A stretch of DNA of 64,000 bases. It comes from Octopus sinensis. Lineage: Eukaryota. The notes below the pieces were generated by a model. The model was not told the origin of the DNA and did no database searches. It worked only from the letters and a program-made list of their open reading frames with translations. Below, piece by piece: positions 40,801-53,793 of the stretch (position 1 is the stretch's first letter; every line of letters starts with the position of its first letter). The position numbers were made by a program, and so were the translations under genes. Where the stretch lies: contig NC_043000.1 in NCBI RefSeq assembly GCF_006345805.1, positions 44,578,001 to 44,642,000 on the forward strand. Direction: 5' to 3'.

Positions 40801-41089
40801 TGTTATATATAAAGAGATGAGTGTTGTATATATGAGGGCGGTATTCATTTTATACATATATCAACCTTGTGCCCCAATGAATGGTATATATTGAAAATAT
40901 GACGAATGACTGTATCATGTGTAGCAAGTCTAAGGATGAGAACCATCGCCCATGGAAAACATCGATCGGAAGAAGGTGATGGTGGTAATATGCAACTCTC
41001 TACTATACATGGAATTGTTTATACGTTTATATGGATTATTAAGATCCCACTTATTGCTTCACTACATTTGCATTAGAACGAATGACTGC

Positions 41090-41520
41090 ACTGTATACGT
41101 GCCAAAATGTCAACTTCGTTGTACATAGAAATAGTAGATTTTGACGCTCCTGCTTTATTAGATTACTTGCTCAATCATAGTTTGAAACTGAAAATCCAAA
41201 CAACTTATCATGTCACAGATTGTTGTGCTCTCCACACTGCTACGTGGCTGTGAAATTTGTACAAGTATATCGACGTCAGATAAATCAACGTGGGAATTTA
41301 TTACAAACGAGATGTGCGACCGATACAGAATGATACGTCTTATTTTGTAAGGAGTACAAAATCCAGAAATCATCTAACCATCGTTGACAATCATCAGCTT
41401 TAATTCCTATGATGTGTAAATATGTAATGCATAAACAAGTCCTGTATTCTGAACTTACGAGGAAGACACAACCGATGAATTTGTTTAATAAATGCTTAAG
41501 TAACACCACGGAGCTTTTAT
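41090..41520 (+). mobile_element. Degenerate RTE-like LINE fragment
   Basis: IVVLSTLLRGCEIC resembles the RTE VVLSTLLYGCETW motif, and HKQVLYSELTRKTQ resembles PKQLLYGEL. Interrupted by stops. Confidence 0.55.
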
Positions 41521-42570
41521 TTAGATTGCATTTATAATCTGGGAAAATGTAGCTGAAAAATATAAGAACAGAAGAAATAGATTTAATGAAGAACTTTTAG
41601 TTGTAGACATCATTCGACTTAAGTAAACTAAAGGTTAAAAGAAACGATGACAAAGTGCTCAGCAACATAGATTAGTGACAAGTACCTTCTCGATAGAGAC
41701 TTCTGACATAAAGTATATGTTTCGCTTTTGAAGGGAAGTTATTATTAGGGACCGAGTGACATGTAAGAGGCCTCGACTTTTGTATTAAATGATAAGTTAC
41801 AGTAATTTCAGTCACCACCAAATAACATCTGGAGTAGAAATATTCTTTTTAGTTGTCTTCAATCGCTATGAAGCAACCACTTTCTAAAGAAGATGCTGTT
41901 TCATCTGCTCGAAACTGAAATACAATTTTAGTTGAACTTTCTACTCAATAATGCAAATTGGAATTTTCTTTCGTTCATAAGCTCAGAAATATTGCATCTA
42001 ATATTGTAATTATCTGCGTCATGTTCGATATTACGTCGGAAGAATATTTTCTTTTAACTTTTAATTCAGATTTCTTTTTATATATTTACTTTTGTAATTG
42101 TGTCTCTAATATTTGGCATGGGTGATGATATGTTATATAGAGGAATAAGTCATTCATATTCTCTTTCTGCAATTCTATTACATCTACGATGAACACAATT
42201 TTACAATTCCATTGCAACTAGGTGTAAATTCGTAACAAATACACAAACAACAAATGACTGCGAGTATTGTAAATTTCCGCAATTAATGAAAATTGATTGC
42301 TTTGCAAGAGATTATTTTTACAATAATCTTTCAGTGTAAAACAACGCCTAATACGCGAACCAAACCACGTGTCCCTACGAGGTAACATGGTGGTTAAAAC
42401 GATTAATCAAATGCGTTTCAAATTACGTTTCACTATTTTAAAGCAGGATGGAGATTCGGATGATGTGCAAAGATGTAAGAGAAATCACGGTAAAGAACAA
42501 GGTTGTCATGGTTATATCGTTTTTTTTTATAAGCTTGTTCAGGCAGGGCCCGTCCGCGACTGAAAAGTGC

Positions 42571-42607
<37 letters not shown>

Positions 42608-42651
42608 AACAACAACAACAACAACAGCTACTACTACTACTACTACTGCTA

Positions 42652-42706
<55 letters not shown>

Positions 42707-42735
42707 TGCTGCCACCACTACTACCACTACTTCTA
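42571..42735. repeat. Compound triplet microsatellite (CTA/CAA/CTG/CCA)
   Basis: In-register switches between related triplets. Confidence 0.95.
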
Positions 42736-43288
42736 TTGTTAGTACTGTTATTACTAATACTAATATTACGATATCAAGTATTATACTACCGTCACAAGTG
42801 CTACTACGGATTCATCTGCTGCTTGGTTCAAGCTGAAACCTCTTATTTGATTATTAGGAACAAACTTAACATTTCAACGTTTACAGTATAAACAAACCAG
42901 CATTGTCAAATATATCAAAGTAGATACAATAAGCTTTATATAGTTGTATGTTTAAGAGATGAGGAATTATGTACATTTTTTGCATTTGATGGATATTTGT
43001 TCTTATCTTGTGTGTTGTTAACACATTGTTTCGCCTGTAAATAATGTAAATAATCTTTATTTCCCCCGATAATCTGACCCTGAATAGATCCCTAATCTGC
43101 TACAGAGATTATTTATAAATAATATGCCACATATGCCACATATGCCAAAATAATTAAATGAATTGAGGAAAGTAGACTTAAGATCATATATTTCGTTGAT
43201 ATACAGCAAATGTTTGTGTATTTTAACTCATGATCTTAAAAGTCGATTTTTTCAGGACAATAACCTCTAAGTAATTTAGCAGACAGCC

Positions 43289-43289
43289 T

Positions 43290-43333
<44 letters not shown>

Positions 43334-43342
43334 TTACTACTT

Positions 43343-43412
<70 letters not shown>

Positions 43413-43428
43413 CACCACCATCACCACC
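43289..43428. repeat. (CTA)n-(CCA)n microsatellite
   Basis: Visible tandem triplets. Confidence 0.95.
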
Positions 43429-45118
43429 TTTGTATTCATACAAAAATGAGAATATTGGCCTTATGAAGCATCAAACTAACTGGAAGTTGATGAATGTAGT
43501 TTTCTTTTTTTAATTTTAAATTATTTCATTTCGGTTTCGTTATACTCTGTTATCTCCGGAAATAATTTTTTTAAAGAGTATTCTTTCAGAAGTTTGGCGT
43601 GTCTTTGATAATGATTCTAATTTATAACGATGCTTCAATTTTTTGGCACACAAGAAAAAAGTGATTGACTTACTTTAGTCATTTTTGTATAATTTTTTTT
43701 TCATGCATGCACCAAATGATTTGTCTCAATTACATCAAGAACTGATAATATATCACATTCTGAGGAAATGTATTTATTGCTTTTCATCAGTCTTATTGTT
43801 ATTCAGTGCATTCAAACAAATTCAGTGTGTATTCCAAATCATTTTCAAAGTCTTTAGCCACCAGGATTAATTCTTTCCTCACAAACACGTCTGATGTTAG
43901 TTATTACGTAGTTCATTGCTATTGATGTTGTTACTTCTGCCGCTCCGGTTTTTGTAGCTGATTCTATTGATGTTGTTGTTGTTGTTGCTGTTGCTGTTGT
44001 TGCCAAGCGAATGTTCTTCTGTATTCAGTTTGACATACCCACGAACTCGACAATTACATATATTGATTTTGGATGAATTTTATAAAGATTCTGGGGAATT
44101 TCTTGCTATTGTCTCCTTACAGATGAATTTAAACGAATTGAAATTGATTCATATTGGCTAAACAAAACAAGGCAACTAATGAGGCCGATAGAATTCAACT
44201 GTCTACTGCCATAGAGGATTGTCTAAACACAAAGCACAATAAATTTAGCTAGGATTTCTATTTGCAATGTAGATATGAATATTGTACACTGAGGTTGCCA
44301 TTACCATAATCATGACATTAATCAACATCAAATGAAAGTGTTTCTAAAAGCATGATTATCTCCGTTGCAATTATTAACATAATCATACAAAATTTATATC
44401 ATCATCGTTGTCGTCAGCATAGTACAACAACTGAAGCTAATGAAGAAAATTTATGACTTAATATGATATAACGTTTCTACAAATTTTCACTTTGAGGAAT
44501 AACGATCACTTAAAACTTCCTTGCATAAGGTTTCTGAATTGTTCGCGTACAATTCTATTAAATGTAAATAGGTGTGCTGTTTGAATATTTTATTTCTGTA
44601 AACAATACAGAAGGTTTATAGTCAAACATATCATACTACTTACATTAGTTTAATGTTGGAAAATAACCAAATTAGGATCAAATTTACTTTGAGCTTAACA
44701 GAAACATAGAGTTGACTTGAGAAACGGAAAACTGTAAAACAAATAACGAAAAGCTTCAAATCTATTCAGATATCGTGTTGTCAGTACAAAATACAAGTAT
44801 AAAGATTAAAAAACAATTTCAGAAATACAATGGCCAATACAAACTTTCACATGCATCGTTCAGAGACATCACTGGATGGTAGAACATGTCGAGCGACGGC
44901 GAAATTTACTTGCACAATATATTTACGTCTTAATTATGCTCAAATTTAAAAATTCCGCCGGGTAGCCTTTTCTTTCCTATATACATCCCTTGCAGTTACA
45001 ATAAGTACCAGAGTTGAAGACAGATCGTTTAAATCGATTGCAATTTTTTGTGCAGTATTGTAAATGTGTGGCATTGTACCCATATGTATGTATATAATTT
45101 TTTGAGTCATCTAATGAG

Positions 45119-45194
45119 TGAAGCATGGCTGTGTGGTTCAAGAGGTCACTGCATAGCAACGTCTTTTCAGTTTAGAGTTCAAATTATGATACCA
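45119..45194 (+). mobile_element. Old SINE family A-like head, split by the LINE insertion (continues at 47910-47990)
   Basis: gaagcatggctgtgtggttcaagag...gttcaaattatgatacca. After the LINE, tagctccggagcaacaaaaccgtcaagtagatattggtagag resembles the SINE body tagcctcgggccgaccaaagccttgtgagtggatttggtagac. Confidence 0.6.
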
Positions 45195-47909
45195 CTATAC
45201 AACAAAGCCAAGGACATAACCATTGTTGGTCTTTACAGGCCTCCCCAGGCACCTCTAAAGTACTTTGAAGAGTGCCTTAGCAAAGTACCACTCCGGAAAC
45301 ATACTAGTGATGGATGAGTTTAACCTCCCTCATGTGAACTGGCCCACAAATACTCCGAAGTTAGGCAAGTGCTCTACATCAGATAGGGCAGCAGCAGAAC
45401 TGCTCTTTAATCTGATGGATGAGTATTTCCTGACTCAGCTAGTGCTTGAACCACCGAGACATAATAAAACGATCTTGGATCTGGTACTGACCAATCACTC
45501 TAGCTACGTTCACAGCATTTCAGTCGAAAAAACTCTCCTCTCAGACCACGACATGGTACTCTGCAATCTTAATTCCCGACATATAAAAACCAAACCAGCC
45601 AATCCCACTCCATGGCACCCATTTGACAACATAAACTTCCACAAAGCGGACTGGGGAACAATCAGAAAGGATCTGTCTTCCATCGACTGGTCTTTTACTC
45701 TCAATTCCCCTCATATTGAGACCGCGTGGCAGCACTTTGAAAACATTGTCACCTATACATGCTCTAAACACGCTCCCAAGAAATCTACTAACACAAACAG
45801 AAACCGGCTCCCTAAAAAGAAAAAAAACACTCATCAGGCGCATCAAAAGACTCAACAAAAAAATCAACCAATTAAAATATTCCCACACACAACATCCACA
45901 TTCAACAACAATGAAAAGACTAGAGCTGGAAAAACTTCATCTGCAGACTAACATGAAAACCTCCATTGAAAATCAAAGAGCTGTGGAGGAACAATGGGTA
46001 ATCAAAAGCATCAAACAGAACCCAAAAGTGTTCTATTCTTATGCAAATAAGCATAGAACCACTGTCTCACCCATTGGGCCATTGATTGATGATAACGGCA
46101 TTCCCCAACATGATGCTAAAGAAATGGCAGAAATACTGCAGAAACGATACTGCTCTGTCTTCAGTGTTCCCACTGATACTGACGTGAGGGAAACGAACGA
46201 AGTTGACTCCCAACACAAAATTGCAGACATAACCTTCACTGCCACCGACATCGTAGCAGCAATAAATGAGGTCAAACATTACTCTGCTGTAGGCCCTGAT
46301 AGATTTCCCGCTAGTCTCCTGAAGGAATGTAGATATCAACTTGCAGTCCCTCTGACCAACCTCTGGAGAAACTCGTTAGACGCAGGTTATATACCGAAAC
46401 AGTTTCTATCCCAGTCGGCCATCCCGGTTTTCAAACAGGGAAACAGATCCTTCGCAGTCAACTATCGCCCAATCTCACTCACCTCCCACATCATTAAAGT
46501 GTTTGAAAGAGTGTTAAGATCAAGGATAGCTGACTTCCTGGAGACCCACAAACTCCTAAATTCAAATCAGCATGGCTTTCGCGGTGGCAGGGACTGTCTA
46601 ACACAGCTCTTACACCACATTGAAGATGTACTCAAAGCCTTGGGAACAGGTTCGAACTCTGACGTCATATATCTTGACTTCAGTAAAGCGTTCGACAGGG
46701 TAGACCATCAAAATCTACTCTCGAAATTGGCAAATGTTGGAATCCGTGGAAAAGTTCTACACTGGATTAAGTATTTCCTGGCGAATAGAACACAACATGT
46801 TGTAGTTGATGAAGTCCACTCACACCCAGCAAAAGTCACCAGCGGTGTTCCCCAGGGAACTGTTTTGGGTCCGCTACTCTTCATAATTTACGTAAACGAC
46901 CTTACCAGTGTCGTACATCACTGCAAAGTGAAAATATTCGCTGATGACACTAAGCTCCAGCAAATAGTCAATGAAGAAGCAGACCGAACTCAACTCCAGT
47001 CTGATCCATATGCTGTGAGTCAATGGGCAGACAGAAACAAAATGCAACTGAATGAGGGAAAATTTGATCTGATGCACTTTGGAAGAAATTCCTCACTAAA
47101 ACAACCGTACTCTCTTCCTTCAGGGGAACCGCTCACAGCCTCTAACAATATCAGAAACCTGGGTGTAATTGTTGATGACGATCTCAGTTGGAGTGCACAC
47201 ATCAACAAGAAGGTTGATATAGCTCGTAGGATGAGTTCCTGGATCTTAAGAACTTTCCGGTCCAGAGAACAAGGTGTCATCATACAACTTTTTTCCTCCT
47301 TTGTACGGCCACACCTTGAATACTGCTGCCCACTGTGGTCTCCTCACACAAGACAAAACATCTCCAGAATTGAGTCACCCCAGAGGGCTCTCACTAAACA
47401 AATTGAAGGCATGGCTGGTCTCGATTATTGGGATCGCCTTAAAGCCTTGAAACTTTACCTCCTCCAGCGTCGCCGTGAGCGGTACATCATTTGTACGATG
47501 TGGAAAATATACCGCCAACTTTGCCCAAACGACCTAAACATTAGCTTCAAGGTCCATCCAAGACTTGGACCACGGGCTATACGTCCCCTGCCAAATTCAA
47601 GATCACAACATACATGTACACTGCAACATAATTTCTTTTCCTCAACAGGCCCTGCCCTATTTAACATTGTCCCGAGGGAGATCAAAGAGGAAAAGGATCC
47701 CATCAACTTTAAACAGAGTCTGGATAGATTCCTTCAAAGAATACCAGATAAGCCACCCATATTTGGATACAACTCACCCAACAAGAACTCACTACTTGAA
47801 CAAAACTTGACTTAAACAGGATTCGAATAATCCTATCAGGTGGTGCTATTAAGTTAGACATGGCCTTGACCAATCTCTGGTCGAAACATATCTAAGTTTA
47901 TCTAAGTTT
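45195..47909 (+). mobile_element. CR1/L2-clade non-LTR retrotransposon, 5'-truncated, with putative TACCA TSD
   Basis: Partial APE endonuclease (IVGLYRPP, LDLVLTN, LSDHDMV), RT domain, 3' UTR with stem-loop and (tatctaagtt)2 tail. TACCA at 45190-45194 and 47910-47914. Confidence 0.95.
45716..47815 (+). CDS. LINE ORF2 reverse transcriptase portion (699-aa open frame; biologically continuous with the upstream EN frame via a frameshift in the A-run near 45820)
   Basis: NYRPISLTSHIIKVFER, QHGFR, DVIYLDFSKAFDRVDH, SGVPQGTVLGPLLF, catalytic FADD (46937-46948), LGVIVDDDLSW, VRPHLEYCCPLWSP. Confidence 0.9.
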   Translation: MRPRGSTLKTLSPIHALNTLPRNLLTQTETGSLKRKKTLIRRIKRLNKKINQLKYSHTQHPHSTTMKRLELEKLHLQTNMKTSIENQRAVEEQWVIKSIKQNPKVFYSYANKHRTTVSPIGPLIDDNGIPQHDAKEMAEILQKRYCSVFSVPTDTDVRETNEVDSQHKIADITFTATDIVAAINEVKHYSAVGPDRFPASLLKECRYQLAVPLTNLWRNSLDAGYIPKQFLSQSAIPVFKQGNRSFAVNYRPISLTSHIIKVFERVLRSRIADFLETHKLLNSNQHGFRGGRDCLTQLLHHIEDVLKALGTGSNSDVIYLDFSKAFDRVDHQNLLSKLANVGIRGKVLHWIKYFLANRTQHVVVDEVHSHPAKVTSGVPQGTVLGPLLFIIYVNDLTSVVHHCKVKIFADDTKLQQIVNEEADRTQLQSDPYAVSQWADRNKMQLNEGKFDLMHFGRNSSLKQPYSLPSGEPLTASNNIRNLGVIVDDDLSWSAHINKKVDIARRMSSWILRTFRSREQGVIIQLFSSFVRPHLEYCCPLWSPHTRQNISRIESPQRALTKQIEGMAGLDYWDRLKALKLYLLQRRRERYIICTMWKIYRQLCPNDLNISFKVHPRLGPRAIRPLPNSRSQHTCTLQHNFFSSTGPALFNIVPREIKEEKDPINFKQSLDRFLQRIPDKPPIFGYNSPNKNSLLEQNLT

Positions 47910-49235
47910 TACCATAAGTAAAATTTTGTCTTAGCTCCGGAGCAACAAAACCGTCAAGTAGATATTGGTAGAGTGTAACTGTTTGAAATCTAATTGTGAG
48001 TTATGAGATTGTTCTTACGTTGTAAAGGTAATGTGTTTTCCGGTGTAGAAGCACTGTTCGGCATATGGTTACCGTTAATTGTCTTATGAACTTCCTGTAG
48101 TCTCATGCTAAGGTAGAAGGATTATTAACCCCTCAAGTTTAAGAATAAATTTCTTTTTTCTACACACACACCAGGTTTAGGAGGTTCCTCTCATTAAACC
48201 ATGTACAAAAATGAATTCAATTTATTCATAATTGTAAAGCATTTACAGATATGTTTTATGCACCTACTTCAATGCATTACTGTTGTCCTGTGTTATCTTT
48301 ATGTGCATGCCCACCGTCGATGCACATCGCAAAGAGACGCAAATAAAATCCAGACAACTGGAAGAGGAATGAAATTTGCTTTTCAAGCAATGATCAGTAT
48401 GATATTTATTCTGCATCATATTACAAACACTGTCAGTGTTTAGATTTCAGTTCGTTAGCTTGTAATCATCCTATATGGGGTATGTAACTAACTATGCATA
48501 TTTCATTAATATTGAGTTAGAGATTAGTAAAACATACATAACCATATGATTAATTCGAACATTACTTGCTTGATTGATGTTGATATTGTAAGATGTGGTG
48601 GTAGAGTTCGTGGCTGTGATTGTTACTACGTTAATATCGACCTGAGCCAAATTAAGATTATGCAGCCCACTGTACAACAGGTACTGTGATGTAAAACCAC
48701 TTGTGATATTTTCAATAATTTTACTTTTAATCTCTAGTAGACTATGACTTAGTCTGTCACTGGTGTCGGTTTTGTATTGCAAATATATTATGTATATCGA
48801 ACAGGCCTATTTATCAAAGAATTACGGATATGATGACTAATTATTTGGTAAGACAGAATATTTAAGAGTAGAAAGTGTTCATATATATGCAAATACTTCA
48901 GTGAAATTTAGAGGAGAAATTTCAGCAATCAATTATTTCAAGCACTGTCTCACTTTTGCACGAATAAGTTACTGTTGCATAAAACCAAATTTTTTCACGA
49001 TTATATTAGTCTGCAGAGTATATCAAGAGGTTTTAGCTAATACTGTAGTATACCACAATATATCTACCGGTTGTTAGTTATTATTGTACGGAGAGAACTA
49101 AACAGCTTGTTTGTCTAAACAATATATTCTTTGCGATCGAGTACCCTCACTTGCACTCAAGGAAGGCGCTGGTTATAAAATGTCACTAAAAGCTTAAATA
49201 TATCAAATAGATCAATTTGCTTGTATATATATATA

Positions 49236-49541
49236 TCACGTGATCACGTGACCGACCAGACCATCAGATGTTGTTACATATCGCTGGTCACAATGCGTTC
49301 GCATTGTTTTAGCCTTCGAATGACGCCACCCCGCTGGCTAAGCTAGCAGGCCAACAGAAGAAAGAGTGGGAGAATGAGTGGTGAAAGAGTACAGCAGGGA
49401 TCACCACCCCCTGCCGGAGCCTTGTGGAGCTTTTAGGTGTTTTCTCTCAATAAACACTCACAACGCCCGGTCTGGGAATCGAAACCGCGATCCTACGACC
49501 GCAAGTCCGCTGCCCTAGCCACTAGGCCATTGCACCTCCAC
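49236..49541 (-). mobile_element. tRNA-derived SINE family B, full length
   Basis: Minus strand has A-box TGGCCTAGTGG, B-box GGTTTCGATTCC, body, and a (tcacgtga)n 3' tail. Confidence 0.88.
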
Positions 49542-50192
49542 ATAATGACAATGTCGATTAATAAATTACTAGCGTATTAACAGAAATAGAGTTGTTCATT
49601 GTAAGATAAAGTTAGAACGATATGTTTCCTGTACTGTTCAAACATTTCTCTCTATTTCTCTTTCACGCTCTCTCTCTCTCTCTATCTCTCTCCCTGTCGC
49701 TTCTTCTCTCTTCTTTGCCTTTATTCTTAATTCTCATAAGAACTCTTGACGGTTTTGATGAAGTTTGGCCTTGCAATATAAGGGTAAACAACCAAATTAC
49801 AATAAGAATTCACGCAACAAATTAGCTGCTACCCAATATGAAATTACTGATGAATCATGTATATAATAACAATCCTATTTAAATATTAAATTTATAATAA
49901 CTGATGGAATTCATGTCGTTTACAATGGTAAAATTTATAACCATAGCTATTGACCATTGAATGAATAAATGCTTGAGAAGGAAATGCACATATATAACCA
50001 TTATGTTTAATGCATCCATCGAGTAAGATTAAGATTCGTGTAAGGAACAATAGATTTGTCATTAGTAACTTCATTTCCTGAACTGCTCCTCAACTTTGTA
50101 TAAATGTTTTAACGTACTCTTGATCATGTCAACCTCCATATTAAATTCAATTGTACTTATCTTTCTATACTACTGATATATTTGTGATATGA

Positions 50193-50967
50193 TTAACCGT
50201 GAACCTGGGTGTGGGTGGGATGGGGATCGTCATTTACGTGTGCCTTGTTTTCACCTTTTTCTTTATTTCCAGCTGCTTTCCATCCATTGTTCACGTCCTC
50301 TTCTTCGACGCTGGTAATGAGCTTTGTCTGTGGTACCGTTTCCATCAACTTTTCGGGCTTCTCCTCAGCCTCCATAGGCAGTGGAGTATCAGCTACTTCT
50401 CGCTTTCTTGCCTTTCCTCAGCCTTCATAGGTGGTGGAGAACAATCCGCTCTAATGTGGTCTTTCAGGCTACATTTATAGCACTGCAGAATCCTCCCTTC
50501 CACTCTAACCTCCAGTGTCACGTCTCCAAGCGTAATGGTCCCCGCCAGTCTTTCAATGTCCAGGCTCTGCTCTTGCCAGTTTCCGTAGGGTGTTCTGGTG
50601 GTCCGCAGAACCTCTACCTTTTCCTCCATGCCTAGCAGTATGGTAGCCACCAGCTAGGCTACATTCATTTCTGAGGTTATGTCTTCTACCCTAACCCTGG
50701 AAGCACGTCTCCCAAAGTATACTAGTAGAAGCACCACTTCGTCAGTCTTTAATGGTGTAGCTGAGTGCAGTATGACGGTAGCTATCTCACGGAACTGCAC
50801 CTCCACCGTTCCGTTCCATACTTTCTTCCTCTGGCATGGTACGAAATCCCCTGCCAGACTGGTCTCAACGCATTTTCAACTTGGGCTACTGACATTACTA
50901 CTATTTTTCTCGTTGCCACCGCATATATCCTGTGTACATTCTTCCTCATGTTTTTATCTTTCAACAC
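50193..50967 (-). pseudogene. Gag-like ORF1 remnant with CCHC zinc knuckle (L1/Tx1-type), no ORF2
   Basis: Restored frame reads ...WQGISYHARGRKYGTVEVQF...YFGRRASRVRV...VEGRILQCYKCSLKDHIRADC (CX2CX4HX4C) plus an acidic/basic tail. Broken by a 5-bp ggaac duplication (~50810), an in-frame TAG (~50656) and a frameshift near 50395. Confidence 0.75.
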
Positions 50968-51335
50968 TTCTTGGTGGTGGGTAGCACCTTTACATCGTTC
51001 CTTCTTAAGGTTGTTTAATTACAGTGTTTTATTGATATATATTTCAATATGGCTTACTTCGCATTTACGTGGGCATATGTGTGCGTAAGCATGTATGTCT
51101 ATGTATTCATGTATATCTATTTCTGCGTATACATTTGTATGAGTATTCATGTGTGCATATATATATATATATATTTCAAAACCATTTATTAAAGGTGTTA
51201 CCTAAATGCATTACCTTTTCAAGTGTTTAATTACTAGACTGACTTCGCTCGTACGTAGATTAAAACTTTCATGATAACCAGAAAAAAATTTAAGCTTGAA
51301 GTAGCACATGTCGCTCACAAAGGATTTAAAACAAA

Positions 51336-51381
<46 letters not shown>

Positions 51382-52886
51382 GGATGTTTCTTTAAACTAT
51401 CATTTAATATTTGAAACATATTTAAACAGTGAGTGTTTCAAAAGAAAAATCATTCTCTGTTTTCCAAATGATTATCGCAAACGAGTATCTTTGTCTCTGT
51501 TACCCTGGTTATATGAACAAAACAAAACGTAAACAAAATAATTATAGAGTTTAAATTTATTTATTTGTTTCACACTATAAGAAAAGAATTTTCTGACACC
51601 AGTCCATCGGTGACGAGAAAACAGAAATATTCAAAAAGTTGTTTAAGGAGAAGATGAGATATTAAGTTTACATAATTTAATTACGTATTTGCTTTTTGTT
51701 ATTCTTTTACCTCCGAGTTTTTGCATGAGAGACTTTACTGAAAGCGTATGGCTTTTTCTCCAGTCACATTTCTAAAGATGTTTTTAATTATTCATGTCAC
51801 TCTTCTGTCCTTCTAAGTACCAACGACTTAATTGTAAAATTTCCTGTCTATTACTTATTCACAGTACTTACCAAAGTATTAGACACCCTTTTTCTTCGTA
51901 CCGTTTATTCATGCGCATTATCCTGCAGCCTCTTACGAAGCGAAACTCTCCTAAAAGGTAACCTCTTCAATTGAAGATGAACCCGATATATCCTTAAAAT
52001 GTTACTAGAACGAAGAAAGATATTTTATCTAATCCAAACGTAAGGACTAATAATGAAATATTGGTAATATTAGAAATTAAGATTTAAACAATATAGATCG
52101 AGTAATGCTAGTTGATGATGTTCAGTAGATTGTGATACCTTCGTGAACCTTAAAAATCTAATTTTATAAAAGCTATTATAAATTATATTTGCATGTAATT
52201 TTGTAACATTACTTTTGAAAATGTTTGGTTTTTCTTATATGTATATGGTATTCAGTATTTTCTTGCCTTCTTTCTAACTGTTATCTGTCGTTTTGACTAC
52301 ATCTCACCTCTGCAGATGGTTTCTGTTCTACAGATAAATGTGCAATATATTCATGAAATGAATAAAAACATGAACGAAAAAAACGACGTGTTAAAACGTC
52401 ACGTTTAATGGTGTTTTTCTAAGAATCTACTTCAATACATTGTTGCTATGAATGCATATCCTGCTATTATCAACATTGCCTTTCATCTCACTAGGGTCTA
52501 AAAGGTAAATGCCAACAATATTATATTATTGTGTTTGATGCAATCTGTAACAGTTCTTCATTTGCATAAATGAGATTGTGCCTGGTCAAAATAAATCTAT
52601 TTCCGCATATAAAAGATATGATTTTATATCTATGAATGTCAATATTTTGTAAAATAGATATTTTGTCATCTGTCTTATTGCATAATAGATAACAAAAAAA
52701 TGTTTAACCTCGCTCTGAAACGACGTTTGTGTTATAATTCCTAAAAGTATATACACATCTAAGACCAACCTATCAAGTTTTAGCATTCTGGATGTTATTT
52801 ACCTTCTTTACAATTAAAACTACGTATTCTTTTTCATCGAAGCTATGTATATAATAGCCAATATTCAAAATAAATTATTTAATGAT

Positions 52887-53300
52887 ACTCTTTACTCACT
52901 TTTACTCTTTTACTTGTTTGAGTAATTTGACTGCGGCCATGCTGGAGCACCGCCTTTAGTCGAATCAAATCGACGCCAGGACTTATTCTTTGTAAGCCTA
53001 GTACTTATTCTATCGGTCTCTTTTGCCGAACGGCTAAGTTACGGAGACCTAAACACACCAGCATCGGTTGTCAAGCGATGTTGGGGGTAAACACAGATAC
53101 ACAACATATGTACACACATACATATATATGCATATATACGACGGGCTTCTTTCAGTTTCCGTCTACCAAATCCACTCACAAGGCTTTGGTCGGCCCGAGG
53201 TTATAGTTGAAGACACTTGCCCAAGGTGCCACGAAGAGGGACTGGGCCCGGAAGCATGTGGTTTGTAAGCAAGTTACTTACCACACAGCCACTCCTGCGC
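52887..53300 (-). mobile_element. SINE family A, full length
   Basis: Head gcgcaggagtggctgtgtggtaag at 53300; tail ends in (gagtaaaa)n-like repeats. Confidence 0.93.
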
Positions 53301-53793
53301 ATTGATGCAAATTTTGTAATCAAAATATAGGCAATATTACTTAAACAACTATATTACACACAGACACACATATATGTTTTCATATATTTATATATAATTG
53401 ATAATTCCTCAAGGAAGTAACAGCAACTATAGCTAGTCCATATAACCTTTAAGAATCACAAGTTCCGATTATAAGGCATAACAATTGTAGTTTTCCTTTC
53501 ATCCGGATTTCAAATAAAGAACAATATGTCAAAATTTACAAAAGAATAAGCATTACCTAATTATATTAGTAAATGAGAGCAAAGCAATGCACTCTGTAAT
53601 ATATGTACTCCATATGCACTTAGCTTTGTGGTATCAAAAACCTATATATAATTAGAATATGTTACTCTACTGATATCTCTGATGACTGGTGTATCGCATT
53701 GCATATTGCTGCAAGAAGTCATTTACATCCACAATAGACGACTTATCATAATTTAGAAAGTGAAGAAACGTCTTCTCACTCGCTTGGACATTT

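Noticed and set aside
42448-42891. Poly-L/Q/T/A ORFs resembling a signal peptide, mucin or polyQ protein
   Set aside because: Entirely explained by the compound triplet repeat; flanks show no coding signal.
43122-43148. Short tandem duplications (atatgccac x3; also 16-bp at ~19962 and 11-bp at ~16612)
   Set aside because: Ordinary replication-slippage duplications with no further structure.
45510-47810. Antisense and off-frame ORFs overlapping the LINE
   Set aside because: Shadow ORFs of the GC-richer RT coding sequence.
48492-48782. 96-aa minus-strand ORF with faint SEA-domain-like look
   Set aside because: Low-complexity N/I/T/S composition, weak acceptor and no recognisable motif.
49465-49541. 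tRNA gene (A and B boxes present)
   Set aside because: Continues into a SINE body and tandem tail and does not give a convincing cloverleaf; it is a SINE head. The same applies to the family A heads.
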